Positions 1 to 13,995 are shown, numbered from the stretch's first letter. The stretch is DNA of 64,000 bases from Bugula neritina (GCA_964035545.1 OZ037772.1:12274818-12338817); one strand, 5' to 3'. Notes: generated by a model not told the origin, from the sequence alone. A program made the numbers and translations.

Positions 1-3000
1 GAATATATAGAAAGAAGAAGTAGAAATCTGGACTGACTCATCATGGACCATCTACACACCAGTAGTAGACAGATAACTGGGACTAGACTAAATGATGTTG
101 GGGAAACCATCTGATTGAGTTGATTAGACTTTACAACCTATTAACAAGTGCCAAAACGTAGTAAATAGATAACTAGAAGCTGATGATGCAAGATCCTAGA
201 ATCACCTACAAATCTACACTCTTTCAAGGGTCATCAGATAATCCTGATGAATGATGGTCATACAATACAAAAACACCTCCTAATGCTTAGAACAACACAC
301 TTGCCATAAAATTTATATATTATGTAATAATGTTATTTATGTCATTATAATTGCTAGCAACATGCAGTTACCACTACTTTTCAATATTTGAAAGCTTGAA
401 CAACAATTTTAGGAGTTGTCTCTCATGTTTATCTTTTACTATCATGTATTGCTTTAGAGATTATAAAATATAATTTATGATTGAAAATAACATGTGCAAA
501 CAATTTAATAAAAACAATTTGTTAAATGGGAGAAGGCTTTACGATTTAGAAAACTAGCAAAGACAATATAAAAATTAACACTTCTAAAACATGTGCACTT
601 TTAGTATTAATAAATAGCAAAGCCACTCGCAGTTAAACTAGTTTAAAATGTCCTATACAATTAATACTTTTTCGAGAGCTGTTTGCTAATGCAGCTTGCA
701 TCCCATCCAAATTGATCCAAATTGTACTAGTCAGGCTTTCATACAATAACTACTTCATTCACCAAGCTTTCTTCAATTTGGTTCAATACAGCATACGAGT
801 GCTTGTTGCCAAATCTCTAATAGCTAGAATTAGTAACACTAGAAGTATGATTTGAACTAATATACATCTGAATATATACAATAGGTTTAGTTAGTTTTAT
901 ACTGAAAGATCACAAAAGTAAAGCCTCATTTTTTATATCTTACTTTGCTCAGCTTATGTAAAAATATGACTTCAACCTAGGTCTGCTGTTGACTTTGTTT
1001 ATGCCAGCTCAGGTGTGTCACAACAAACCACCAAATATATTTTATTTCTATTCAATTTGCAGACCAGTTCGAATGCAAAATAAATTAAAATATAAATTAA
1101 GAAGACAAAGTTTTGAAAAGTAAAACAGTAAAATATCATTTTTTTTCTAAAATTACTCATATATAATTGCTATCGACTGGACAATTAGTAATTGATCTAT
1201 ATAATATATTTATGTAGAACAGGATCATAATAACAAACTGAAGAAGATATATATTCTACTATATTATATTATATAATATTGAATGATCATTTTTCACAAC
1301 TTTCCAGTATACTGCTATATGTGACTTTCAGCAATTTCTGTCTAGTTGGGTATAACCTTTCAGTACCAGAGGCTTTATAAACATTATTTAATCACTTTGC
1401 CTTTAATCAAATATTGTCATAATGCTATATTACTGTGAAATGATGTATTGATGTATAATAATGAGCGATACCATACCAACAATTTATAAATAATACAATA
1501 TACAAGATCCCACGTCTCCACTCAGCACAGTTCTACAGTGTAGAAAAGCAGTGGGAATATTTAAATTTAGGAGTTGTCCCTCATGTATAACTTTCGAATA
1601 GTATATTATATTGTTCTGGAAACAGAAGTATGTATAATAACAGAAAGTGGCGCTGTGTCATATTCTAGTTGATAAATCTGCTCGTTTAAACAAAAATTTT
1701 TGTTACAAAAAGTTAGTTAACCTTATTTAAAAGAAAACAACACTTGGGAAATTGTAAAAACAAATATTCTCAATATAATTTTAGATCATCATAATGTATT
1801 CAATTCACAAGATTCAAAGTAATAGTATCAATAAATATTTAATCCCAGCAGGGTATGTCATAAAACATTTCATAAGAACAGAAGCTGGTGGGTAAGAGAA
1901 AGTGCTGGGGGCTACATATCTCTTTCTTAATAACATATGGACACAAGTCTCACATAACAGGGAAAGTATACATTAATTCTCTTAATAATAAGCTAAGAAA
2001 CCAAAATTTTGGAAAATAATATAAAATCATAGGCAGATCATCAATATACTCCATATAAATGCCATCAACATATGATAATTAGTGATTTGTTTATAAACTT
2101 TGTAGAATAGATATGTTATTGCTAGAAAATAAAGAAATAGTTATTACAAGCAACACACTTTTTAATTATAATACTATATTGATTCACTTGATCACCAGAA
2201 ATTGCTCAATAGAGCTGAAGGTTAGTACATTGTCAAGGGTGCGCAACTACTGTGGATAATATGCGGGATTCCCAATACATCATATGCAGCAAAATATGTA
2301 CCAAGTAATGCAAATGAGGAAATAATTATTATATAAATACTGAAAGAGCAAAGTTTTAGGAGGTGTCTCCCATGATGTATTTGTACAACTATATTTTGTT
2401 CTCGAAAAACAAGAATATTATTACGTATCAAATAAAAATTTTGGACATTATATTACATAAATATCGTTACATTAGTCAAGTTCTAAGACTGTCAAACTAC
2501 ATTTAAGTTAGTAAAATAAAAGTCACACTTGAAAAATAACAAACATATAGATATTATATAGATTTTCGCTGCGCTCCCTTATAAACCTAGGTCACGTAAT
2601 AATTAAAATTCCTCATCTTATTGAACAGCTGTTGCATTATGCAAGTAACTCACCTATTTTGTAGTCCCCATGTAATGTCCTTAAGTCATCTCCAGTGATT
2701 GCTAAATTCACTCACAGATCACAAGTGCCTCTGGCTGCTATTACTGCACAACTATACATAGACACTATAGTGAACTAATTCATATTACTGTAAATACTCA
2801 TGGCTAATTAGTGGTCAATGCTGATCTACATATTATTTTGCATGCCACTCATTCTGGCTTGGTTTTATTCGAAATTAAACTCATCAGATACACAAACTAG
2901 GGATAGACTTATCAGTTTAAAAATAGGCATAAACTAGATAACCCAACTCAACTACTAGTACATGAATATAATGGGTACACGCCTCCTAAAGTTTTACATT

Positions 3001-3235
3001 TGCTAAGTACTGAGTCTATGAACATGTTTCTGACTACTGAGGTGGTTGTAATTGAGTGTTGATGCATTTGCAAGGAGCTCTAACTGGCTGGCTTCCTTTT
3101 TATGGCCCTAAGTAGCCTCTGGTCCAAGCATTTCTGGAAAGATAGTTTTCTATTATTATCTACAAACACCTTAAAAGATAAATAATCATAAAATGCTACA
3201 ATTTAATGTATTTATTTTGCAGAGGTTGATATGTA

Positions 3236-5311
3236 AGCTTACTTTTATTGTCATATAAGCTTAAAATAAAAATATCAAAAAATTAGGATTTATCTCCCCG
3301 TACATTTGTGTAAATTTTATTATAATATTATATTTCAAAAAGTAAACATAACATACAGAAATAACAAAATTTACAGAATTATTAAAACTTTAAAAATTTA
3401 ATTACTGTTTTAAAATGTTGATGATTTTATGAATACAGCAATTTTGAAATTTGCACACCTGAAATTATACTTTATTGATTTGACTAGACCCCCGTGAAAA
3501 CCAGAAGCGATCGGAATGTGTTTATGACTTCTGCAGCACAACGCTACTTGGCAAACATGTTGCTCAGTTACTGGGGTTAGATAACCACCTTGAGTTCATC
3601 AGGGGTTCGCTCCGGCAACTGAAGTGATCCGGTAGAGTTGGTTCTGCGAGCGGTGCCTAATATGCTTAGTGCAGAGTTGCTTCACAGGCAGTGTGAGTGC
3701 AGTAGTTTGCATTTCTCAAGTTTGGAGAACATAACTCCAAACTTGTAAATAATGCGCTGCTGCCCTCAATCACTCTCAACAGAGTGCTGCATGTAGTAGA
3801 ATCCTGCACCAAAAAGTGTATTCTATCTACATAGTTTGTAGAAAGCCGCCCCAAACACACTGCACCCCCCTTCCCCGTTTAGGTTGTGACCACGGCAGTA
3901 CCTTCCCACTTCCAAAAAGTAAAAGCTGCGAAACAATTGTCAATTAGAAGAAAAAAGAAATTTATTTCCAAAAATAATTTTGCTCAGCAACCTGAATTTA
4001 ATTTCACAGCTGCTGCCTGGCCAAATTAAGTGGCTTCAGGATGAAGCCTGAATGAATGAAAATCAGTGAAATCGACCAATAAAACTGCAAAAACAGCAAA
4101 TTGAAATGTTGAAAAGCAAAAAAACGAGCAAAATCGTATTTTGTAGGGCTGGATATAGTTTCAGACATTTTGTTTCCTGCAATACTGCTACAGTATGAAT
4201 ACGCTCTAATCCACAGTGGAATGCAGGTTTCACTGATTTCTATTCATTTAGGCGTCATCCTGAAGCCTGGATGGCCAAAAATGCTGTTTTTATGCGACTT
4301 TTTGGAATTTTATGCGATTTTTCTCATTTTATCCAGGATTTCACTGCTTTTGTGCATTCGGATCCATTCTAGTGCACTAGAATTGCAGGAGGTGCCTTTT
4401 TGGCAATTGCTTGAGAATTTTTTTATTTACTCGGCAACATTTTAGAGCGTTTTGTAGAGTTGTCCTGCACGAGGGCACAACTCTGTACCTTATTTTAGCA
4501 AATTTTGAGCCACTTAAATGGGCCTGGCTGAATTTGGCAGGCAGCAGCTGTGAAAATAAATTCAGGTTGCTGAGCAAAATTATTTTTGAAAATATATTTT
4601 TGTTTTTTTTTAATTGATAATTGTTTCGCAGCTTTTACTTTTTGGAATTGGGAGGGTACTGCCGTGGTCACAACCTAAACGGGGAAGGGGTGCAGTGTGT
4701 TTGGGGCGGCTTTTTACAAACTATGTAGCTAGAATACACTTATCGGTGCAGGATTCTTCTACATGCAGCACTCTGTTGAGAGCAGCAGCGCATTATTTAC
4801 AAGTTTGGAGTTACGTCCTCTAAACTTGAGTAATGCAAACTACTGCACTCACACTGCCTGTGAAGCAACTCTGCACTAAGCATATTAGGCACCGCTCGCA
4901 GAACCAACTCTACCAGTTCACTTCAGTTGCTGGAGCGAACCCCTGATCAACTCATGGTCACCTCCAGGTACTGTGCAACATGTTTACCAGTAGAGTTGGC
5001 CTGCAAATGTCATGTGCTAAATTTAACACATTCCCATCACTTCTTGAGTTCACGGAGGTCTAGTCAAATCAATAAAATATAATTTCAAGTGTGTAAATTT
5101 CAAAATTGCTGTATTCATAGAATCCTTGACATTTTAAAAAATTAATTAAACTTTTGAAATTTTATTAATTCTGTAAATTTTGTTATTTTTGTATGTTATG
5201 TTTACTTTTTAAAATATAATATTATAATAAAGTTTATACAAATGTATGGGGAGATAAATCCTAATTTTTTAATATTTTTATTATAAGCTTATATGGCAAT
5301 AAAAGTAAGCT
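3236..5311. mobile_element. Foldback / long-TIR non-autonomous DNA transposon-like element (~2.08 kb, ~800 bp inverted arms)
   Basis: 3236-~4036 is the reverse complement of ~4508-5311 (ends agcttacttttattgtcatataagctt / aagcttatatggcaataaaagtaagct; a sampled 60-mer, 3661-3720 vs 4826-4885, has 1 mismatch). Inner inverted pair 4032-4071 / 4228-4268. No transposase ORF recognised. Confidence 0.85.
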
Positions 5312-7188
5312 GGCAAGGCTACCACAGTGAAAACGTCAAATTCCTTTATGAACTGTGAACTGCATGAGAAAAATGACGTGTCTTTCCCAACTGGTCTTTT
5401 CCAGTAGCCAATACACAGTTACATAAGGCAATTCAACTTCTATACTCCTGTCTTTGAGAAAACCATATTCACCTAATACTGCTTCCTAACTGCCTTCAGT
5501 TTCCAAAACATAACATTTGCAAAATAAATTCATTAAATTATATTATCAGTATAGAAAATTATTGCGAATTTCGAAGCTTTTAGAAGTAGAAAACAACATT
5601 GACACATAGTATATTTTATATACTTTCAAACCAACTTTCTTTCTAAAAACTTTGCTATTTTAATTGTTTTTATACACACCATAGTTAAAAGTTAATATGT
5701 TATGTTAAATAAATAAACCTTTGTCCACTGTTTAGCCAAAATTGTGTAGTTGTGAGAGCTCTTTTCCCACACACCATGCAATAGATGACTCTCATCTGGT
5801 TTTGTAGATTTATATCTATAAGTACAGCTGAATTTATTCTAGCAAAGTTAATTTGTTTATACCAATGAACTCATTAATGTAACATGATAGGTTCTGGTCT
5901 ATATATTGCCATTGGTTCTCAAAAGGCACTAGTTTAAAGGGAAATGGTGGGATTATATTATATGTTTTACTTTTAAGTTGAGCAGCTTGGGTAAGCCGCT
6001 CCTCAAAAATACTTCCTAACATCACCAATGTAGGAGCAATTATGACGGTGAGGCACGGAGGCCAATAACTTATTTGTAAAAACTGTCAGATCGACTTTTG
6101 TTGTGTGAAAATCTCTCTCACGCATGCATATTACACATTTATTTTTCAAAATTTGTTAAAATTTAAGATATAATCCTACTATCACCTTTATTAAAAGTAT
6201 ACAAAAAAAGAAGAAGCAAAACTTAATATATTTATTAAAGTATCTAATAATTTCAATCAAGGGAGATAACCCCTAATGTACCCATTCGGTCTTGCTTTGA
6301 GGAATAATGAATCTATTACGTATGTATTGTTTTCTCCTTTTCAAAAAAGTCAAGTTCTTTTAGACTATAATAAGTTTAGATACAATTACAAAATATATTT
6401 TGTAATTAAAACATTGGAATGTCAATTCGGTTAAATATAGGAATAACATTAGAACTAGCTTTGTAACTAAACTCATTACTATTTAATATAAGCCACCAAG
6501 GATTTACTATAGAGCATTGTTTATCTTGGATAATATACAGAGAAAATTATTTATGTTGCAGAACTTGCGACGAGTCTCTGAGTTGAACTGGCTCTACCCT
6601 CACAAATGAATAGATCAGTGTATTATGGTAGCCAAGTGTAGGTTACATTATGTGGGTGGTTGAGATTGCTGGACCGCACTAAAATGCTGTCCAATCCAAA
6701 TAATAATATAAGTCTATTCGTATTACACCAAGAATGAATGGATAAACTCCGCATAACGTAGCTAATGCGTCATTATTATTTGAATTTTGTATTTTTAATT
6801 GTAACAAGTGTGTAATAAATATAATCATGTTATAGATTGTTATTTTGCATTTAAAAGTTGAAATATAAATTGAATCAATAATATTACTTTCTCATTTATG
6901 AATTTTAAAAATGTAGTCCATTTTTATATTAAAGTACAAAAATATTCAACATAATTCTTACACAAGGGAGATAACTCTAAAATTTGATAATTTCAATGGT
7001 TGTATATCAACACTGACTTGAAGTGCTTCTAGACAATCAATACTCTTTGTATATGATTATAATGTTTTCATATTTAACCGAAATAATTCTATAACGCAGC
7101 TCAATACAGTCTCATTTAATAACACTAACTGATCACACTTTGCTGTTATATGAACATTAAACTCTTTACACAAGTTGATAGCAGATAG

Positions 7189-7338
7189 CAGTGTGTGAGG
7201 ACCCCGAATGGGTGTTTAAAGGGAGCTAAGGACTGACTCATATGTGGGGCAGGAGTACATAGACTGAATGCCCTTCCTAACATCACCACCGACCTTGTGT
7301 CCACTAGGGAGCAGCACTCCAACCACTAGGCCTGCTCC
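7189..7338 (-). mobile_element. Degenerate SINE copy (same family as 49621-49820, 53473-53658, 62561-62742)
   Basis: Shares gactgaatgcccttcctaacatcacca core and ...ctgctcc end with the other copies. Confidence 0.65.
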
Positions 7339-8055
7339 TAGCGAATATTATTACTAGGTATGCATTCTAATTGATATAATATTTACTAGACCACACCCTA
7401 CCAGCACACAAAGGTAACATAGCCTTCATCTTACCACTTTATATATAAATTAAGGGGCCGCGTGAGAGGAGTCTCTGAATAGATTACATGATTTATTACA
7501 GCAACACAAAAAAAGGGAAATATGTCGGCAAATATTACACTGAGATTCTAATAATACAGCCACAATATAAAAGAGATAGATTAATAAAGATTTCAGGGTA
7601 AAACAAGAGATATAAGATTGTACACAACATTCTAAAAAATGTCTAAAAATACCAAAGTAGGTGAGAAAAGTTTTCAACAAAATCTAAAAGGTCATCTGGT
7701 TAAAACTAAGAATGACTAAAAAAGTGGTTAACAAAAAATAAACACTAGCAGGTGCAATGTAGGGACATGCTGCAGGTGTGAGGAGTATTCCGTGAAGTAT
7801 TCTATAATTAAAATAAGTATAATAACTCCTGACGAGATTCCCTGACTCATAACTTGGGAGTTGTCTAACCTCAGCCTATCATGACTATAAAGTGAGAGGT
7901 AAACAATACAACACATGTACAACTCATCTATAGAATATCATCTCAAAAACATGACTAGTTTCAAAGTCCAAATAAATCTCCAAATATAAAGTAAAGTACA
8001 ACATCTATAAGGGAGCTTTCACAGTGGTAATTCTCAGCATCTGATTGGTCAAACT

Positions 8056-11000
8056 TCATTGTCCTCTGTTCATGAAAGAGCCAATCATATCCACCGGAAT
8101 AGGGAAGATGATAGTTGAGTTCTTCTCACTTGATATCGTGTTCAACTGCAAAATTACGACATCAAATGTAACTATACTATGCTACAGCAAACAGAGGAAA
8201 CGCTGTCAATAAACGCTGCCGCTAAACTCACAGTCTGCAGGTAACGAAGCTGTAGTGCTGCCGGGGTTGAACTTATGACCTCTGCTGCCTCTTTAAGCGC
8301 CTTTGCTGCCTTCTGTTCACCCTCAGCTGCTATCACCTGAGTTGAAAGACAATGTATGAGTCATTTGAATACAGTGGAGAGAACAAGAAAGGACAACTTC
8401 AGTTTCAGAGAGTGGAAGGAATTCCCTTCTTTTATCAAACTAATGAACTTCAGTCACATTGAAATGCAAGGATGAGGTTTGAATAACGTAAGTGTGTTAG
8501 ATATAGTCATAAGTATTGAATATTTCACTCAACTTTAAAGATGCAACATTGAAACAAATGACTGCATTAAAGTACAAAAAATAAATAATATGGAGTATCA
8601 TCTTCTTTGACTCTGTTTACCATCCTATAAATGTTAGTAAGTCAGAGTGAGTTAGAGTGAGTTAGAGTGAGTCAGAGTGAGTTAGAGTGACTCAAAGTGA
8701 GTTAGAGTAAGTCAGAGTGACTTACAGTGAGTTAGAGTGAGTCAGAGTGAGTCTGACTCCAACTGTTAAGTAAAAACTTGTGACAGGAAATGCAGAGACT
8801 CAATAACCTTGAGCTCACCTTAGCCTTAGCTTCCCTGGAAGCCTCAGCCTCTGCTGCCATGGCCCTCTGCAGCTGTATAGGCAGCCTCACATCTTTACTA
8901 CAAATACACAGGCTACAGTACTTTAGTATCTCTCACACAAGAGAGTCGGACAACTCCAAACACAGAGTAACAGACAACTGACTCACATCTCCACTCTCTC
9001 CACTTTAATCCCCCACGGGTCCGTCGCCTCGTCCAGAGAGGACTGCATGCTGTGAGATATTTCCTCTCTCTGTGCTAGCAAGTCATGTAGATTCTGCGTA
9101 CCTGTAACCATAGCAACTAACTTGTGTACACATAGCCATGGCAACTGACTATTGCACCCACTGTAACCATAGTAAATAATGTGTGGTCAGTGTTAACCTA
9201 ACTACATATTAGAAACAAAAGCAAACACTGCGGTTCCAAGCTTTGCATTATGGGAATGGACTCTTCACCCAATGAACAGTTGCATCCACAAATTAATCCA
9301 ACAATATCATCCAATTGCATAACATGAAGCCATGGAGCTTCATGATTGGCTCACTGTGAAATTATTTTCAGCACCATTTAGAGGCTTTGATTGCAATATC
9401 TTGTAGTTGTTCAGTGTATATAACTGGATAACCGGTAATCTGCTTAAGGATACAAACTACAGCAACACTGCTGGAGTGGACATCAGTCTCACTGCCAGGA
9501 GTTTACCGAGTACATTCCGCAAGGTAGTCTGAGCCAGGAGTCGTGTGCTCCTGTTAGCATCCTCCACGTTAGTGACGGCCACTGTGGGGTTGAACACTCT
9601 GAAGTAGACAACAGCATCTACAGCTACTGTGACTGAGTCTTTAGTCAGTATCTGCAAAGAGATCAATGACAATAATGACCGCTATTACAGTAGAATATTA
9701 CAGGCTAAATATATAGATGACAACTCCTAATTAATGTGCGACTTCAAATTATTTTCCAATTTTTTTATTTAGACTTAATAGCATTTTGATAAAAATGCTA
9801 ACAATATTTTTATGGATATAGTAATCATTAACACAGTTATTCTATCACGTAATGAACATAGAACAGTATAGTAGCACAATATACTGAAAGATGGCCGTAG
9901 ATTATTAAGTAGAATAGCTTACTTCCTGTGGAGGGACATCAAATGATATCGTCCTCATATCTATCTTGATGTAGTTATCCATACATGGTAATATAAAGAA
10001 AAGACCTGTAATATATAATATAATACAGAGTAATATAAAGAATAGACCTGTAATATATAATATAATACAGAGTAGTATAAAGAATAGACCTATAATATAT
10101 AATATAATACAGGGTAATATAAAGGATAGATCTGTAATATATAATATAATACAGAGTAATATAAAGCATAGACCTATAATATATAATATAATACAGAGTA
10201 GTATAAAGCATAACCCTATAATATATAATATAATACAGAGTAATATAAAGAATAGACCTGTAATATATAATATAATACAGAGTAATATAAAGAATACACA
10301 TATAATATATAATATAATACAGAGTAATATAGTGGATAGACCTATAATATATAATATAATACAGAGTAATATAAAGCATAACCCTATAATATATAATATA
10401 ATACAGAGTAATATAAAGAATAGACCTGTAATATATAATATAATACAGAGTAATATAAAGAATACACATATAATATATAATATAATACAGAGTAATATAG
10501 AGGATAGACCTATAATATATAATATAATACAGAGTAATATAAAGCATAACCCTATAATATATAATATAATACAGAGTAATATAAAGAATAGACCTGTAAT
10601 ATATAATATAATACAGAGTAATATAAAGCATAACCCTATAATATATAATATAATACAGAGTAATATAAAGAATAGACCTGTAATATATTATTGGTGAAAA
10701 TGCGACTCTAACAACTTCTCAAGTATTGGATATACGAATCAGATGCCCAGATGCCACTTTCACTATCATTCAGTAAATGCTATTGATCAGAGTAATAGCT
10801 GTGTTATATCTCATGCAGCATAATTAGCACCTCCTTAAACCAATTAGTTATATATTACACTCTTAGCTAATCAGCTCAATAAAGTGCATTAGACTGGGAG
10901 ATGAACACATACCAACATAGGGAATCACGCATTACTTGTCATGCGCAGGTAAATTTACTGATTAGGTTTAAACTGCCTGCGATGTGAAGACAGACTGAGT

Positions 11001-12194
11001 ATTTATTGATGTTTTACAAATAAATGCAAAGATAGGCAGAATGGGATGACACATAGCCTTAGATATTTAGACAGAGATGGGGTGGCACCCTACCTGGCCC
11101 CTTAGCACCTCCTTTGCACAGTCTACCCAGTCTAAATATCACAGCTCTCTCGTACTCCTGCACCACCTGAGAATACAAATTAATAAGTAGCACAGTAATG
11201 GCTAGAAATTTCCTTTTGAAAATTATAATATTAATGAAGCGGGAGGGCATGAAAGATACTAAAAACTACTAAAAGTTAATGAAAAGTTGTCTTACCTTGA
11301 TGCAGACGAACAAACTGAAGGGCAAGGTGATGATGATGAGAAACCATGAGATCACGAGAAATACAAGATCACAATCCAGAGGATCTGAAAGAGAGAATAT
11401 GTATGAACTACACAGAGCTAAGTATAGTCTACCACATCTCTGTATAGTCTACCACGTCTCTGTCTAGTCTATCACGTCTCTGTCTAGTCTACTACAATAG
11501 CTCTGACTATACTGTTGAAGTATTTTGGACTCAAGATTCAATTATTTTACTAATGTTATAAGAGTTGTTAGCAGTTGCAAGTAAGAAATGGGTAAAACCG
11601 ACCGCCAGGACTACAGAGAAAACATTTAATCATACGAGTTTAGAAGTCTTGTTGGAGACAGGATATGTGACATCATTCATTATTTTGTTTATTTGGTTTT
11701 GTTGCACTAATTAAATTATGTGAATCAATAAATTAGATTATGAAATGCCAAGCAAGACTCTAGACTTAGTACCAGCATTCTCAAGGGCGGGGGAGTCAGC
11801 CTCATCGCAGTGATAGCCAGTAGTGGTGGTGCACGGTCTACTGAGCTGAGTCTGTAGTCTTGGATCCTGACTAGTGGTCGGCTGTTCATGTCTTGACGTC
11901 GGCACGGGTTCCTCGGCCCCCGACAACAGACCTAGTTACACGAAAAAATCATAAGGTAAAATATATATGAAAAAAAACAACTACACTCTTCTTTAGAAAA
12001 GTTAAAGATGACATTCCACAAAACAATGCATTAAAATGCTTGAGAAATGAAAAATAAGTTTTGCTTGTCGCAACTAACACAAAACAGTAACAGAAGCTAT
12101 GTTCAAGAGAACTTCATTATTCTTGTCTTGCCTACACAGTTTTCTCACCGGCAGTTACCCCGGCTTCTACGTCTTCATTGCATGACTTTTCCAT
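8056..12194 (-). CDS. Stomatin / MEC-2-like band 7 (SPFH) protein, paralogue A, ~327 aa, 10 exons
   Basis: Exons 12194-12149, 11931-11773, 11384-11296, 11166-11094, 10005-9923, 9651-9507, 9101-8987, 8897-8819, 8336-8232, 8145-8056; all GT-AG with matching phases. Motifs [118 protein letters not shown]. The first two exons are less certain. Confidence 0.93.
8632..8757. repeat. 10-bp minisatellite (GAGTGAGTYA) ~12 copies in stomatin A intron
   Basis: Direct reading: gtcagagtgagttagagtgagttagagtga... Confidence 0.85.
9988..10688 (-). repeat. 42-bp minisatellite, 17 copies, built from the 3' splice site of stomatin A exon 5
   Basis: Minus-strand unit tctgtattatattatatattaYag|GTCTATTCTTTATATTAC; last copy is the real acceptor at 10006/10005; exact 42-bp spacing to 10677. 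Confidence 0.95.
11425..11492. repeat. 20-bp tandem repeat x3 (tagtctaccacgtctctgtc)
   Basis: Direct reading. Confidence 0.8.
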
Positions 12195-13995
12195 TTCACT
12201 TTCTCACGGAGGTTCTAAATCGTCTACTCTATAAAACACCACGGTTGAGTTGCAATTCTTATAGTTATTATTATCCTTTAAAATGTACCTCAACAATCAA
12301 TTGAAGACCCACCAGTTGTTCAGCAGCCAGCTAAGCTGCATAGTTTTCTATTTTATAAAGTAACAATATGCACGTTATTAGAATGCCCAACAGCTGAATT
12401 CAAGCACATAAAAATTGATTTAAATGGAATAGTATAACCATGTCTATATATTAAATAACTTTTTAAAGAAACTATACAATCACAATCACTAAGATTAAAC
12501 CGAATTGCATACTAGAGCACACTGAAAAAATACAACTGAATTAGTAATATTTTAGCTTACAAGATAAGGATTAACTTTAGGAGTTAAACAAACCTTTAAG
12601 TTTTATCACTGATTGATTGCAATTTATAATATTGCAACTTGACAATGACAGTAAGGGACTAACCCGAGTTATTTCTTTGAGTGACCTCAAACTTAGGCTT
12701 AATATTGACTTTGATTTAAACTGAAACTCAAGCTTAAAGTAAAAGTTGAAATAAAAGTAGAAATAGCTTGCAAACTTGAAGTTAGTTTTGCCTTTTTAGT
12801 TGGTACAATTACTATTAGTATTACTATTTTTCAACTTAAAAAATAATAGGTAATCAATTTGATTTTGCAGTTCAAAGTCAAACCCAAAAATTTGGTTTCG
12901 ATTTTATTATTTCAATGCGACAGGTTGAGGTTGAGTGGCATACTCATAGTCTGATAGTCATACTGATACTCATACTTAGTCTTACTACAATAAGTGTAAC
13001 TCATAATCATAACAATATACATAGTAATCAGCCTGTTAAGTTAATCTGCACAAGAATGCTAACATTTTTTAGACTACTGCCCAAGTACTGACAACTTATT
13101 TTCTATATGCGGCACACCCCTGGCCCTTCCAGTTCTAGTTCTTCCCTCTAGGGAGGTCCAGTGTGGAGATAACATCGACAGGTATCGACAAGTATCACAT
13201 AGTCCGTATGTGTAGCTGATAAACATAGTGATGAGTGATAAATAATAATTATAATCAAAATCATAACGAATATCAATATGAATATCATAATGATAATAAT
13301 ATTCAACTTTTTACACTTGAGTTAGTCTTACACTTACAGTTAGTGAGTTACTCTTACTCTGCAACTGCAAGTCTTCCACTTGCAGCTACGGGCTGCAGCA
13401 GTGTCGATGAAAATAATATTATTTTCACAAACAAACAATACCTGTAGACTATTTCTAAATCTTCCTTATATTCAATTTTATATAATGATATTAAATAAAT
13501 CAAAATTTAATTTCTTCGTTCACTCATTCAGTCATGGTGATTGACACTACAGTTCAAGTTACAACCCGAACATTTTAGTAATAAGTAGCGGGGACTCCAA
13601 TTAATTGATGTGCACTCGAAGTACCTTATGAGATAGCTATATACCCGTCCCGAACTGGTTCATAGATATCTGTTTAAACCGTTTTCATTGGCTAATTTTT
13701 TCAGATGTTCAAGTATAAACCAGGTTCCTGCAAAATTAAACACTCGGAATAAATCAACGACGGTTTAGCCGATGTAAACAAAATAAAAATTATAAACTAA
13801 GGTTAGGTCACATGTATGGTCAATCGACCTCATTTTACGCGCTTTCTCTCGGCGCAGCTATTACCCGTTGCTAAAGTGTGTTTTAGTTTTTACATAGCAA
13901 CTGTCGAAGCATTACCTACAAAATTTAAGCTCTATTCTTAGTTTCAAAATTTTAAGTTTCCCCCTTTATATTTCAAACTGGGTAATAATAGAGTT
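12195..13995. promoter_or_regulatory. Divergent (head-to-head) upstream region shared by the two stomatin genes
   Basis: 1.8 kb between opposite-facing ATGs at 12194 (-) and 13996 (+); locally CpG-richer patch ~13560-13910. TSS not determinable. Confidence 0.5.

Noticed and set aside
3666-4823. ORFs inside the foldback as transposase remnants
   Set aside because: Short, mirror-image products of the arms; no recognisable DDE or DNA-binding motif.
8632-8757. GTGAGT/GTAAGT donor ladder
   Set aside because: Donor-like motifs are antisense to stomatin A, so they cannot act on its transcript.
9988-10688. Recursive-splicing ratchet points (AG|GT in many units)
   Set aside because: Regenerated donor gtctat is a poor 5' consensus; not supportable.
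9975-10697. 218-aa and 121-aa ORFs in the track
   Set aside because: Alternative frames of the 42-bp array; neither is the stomatin frame.
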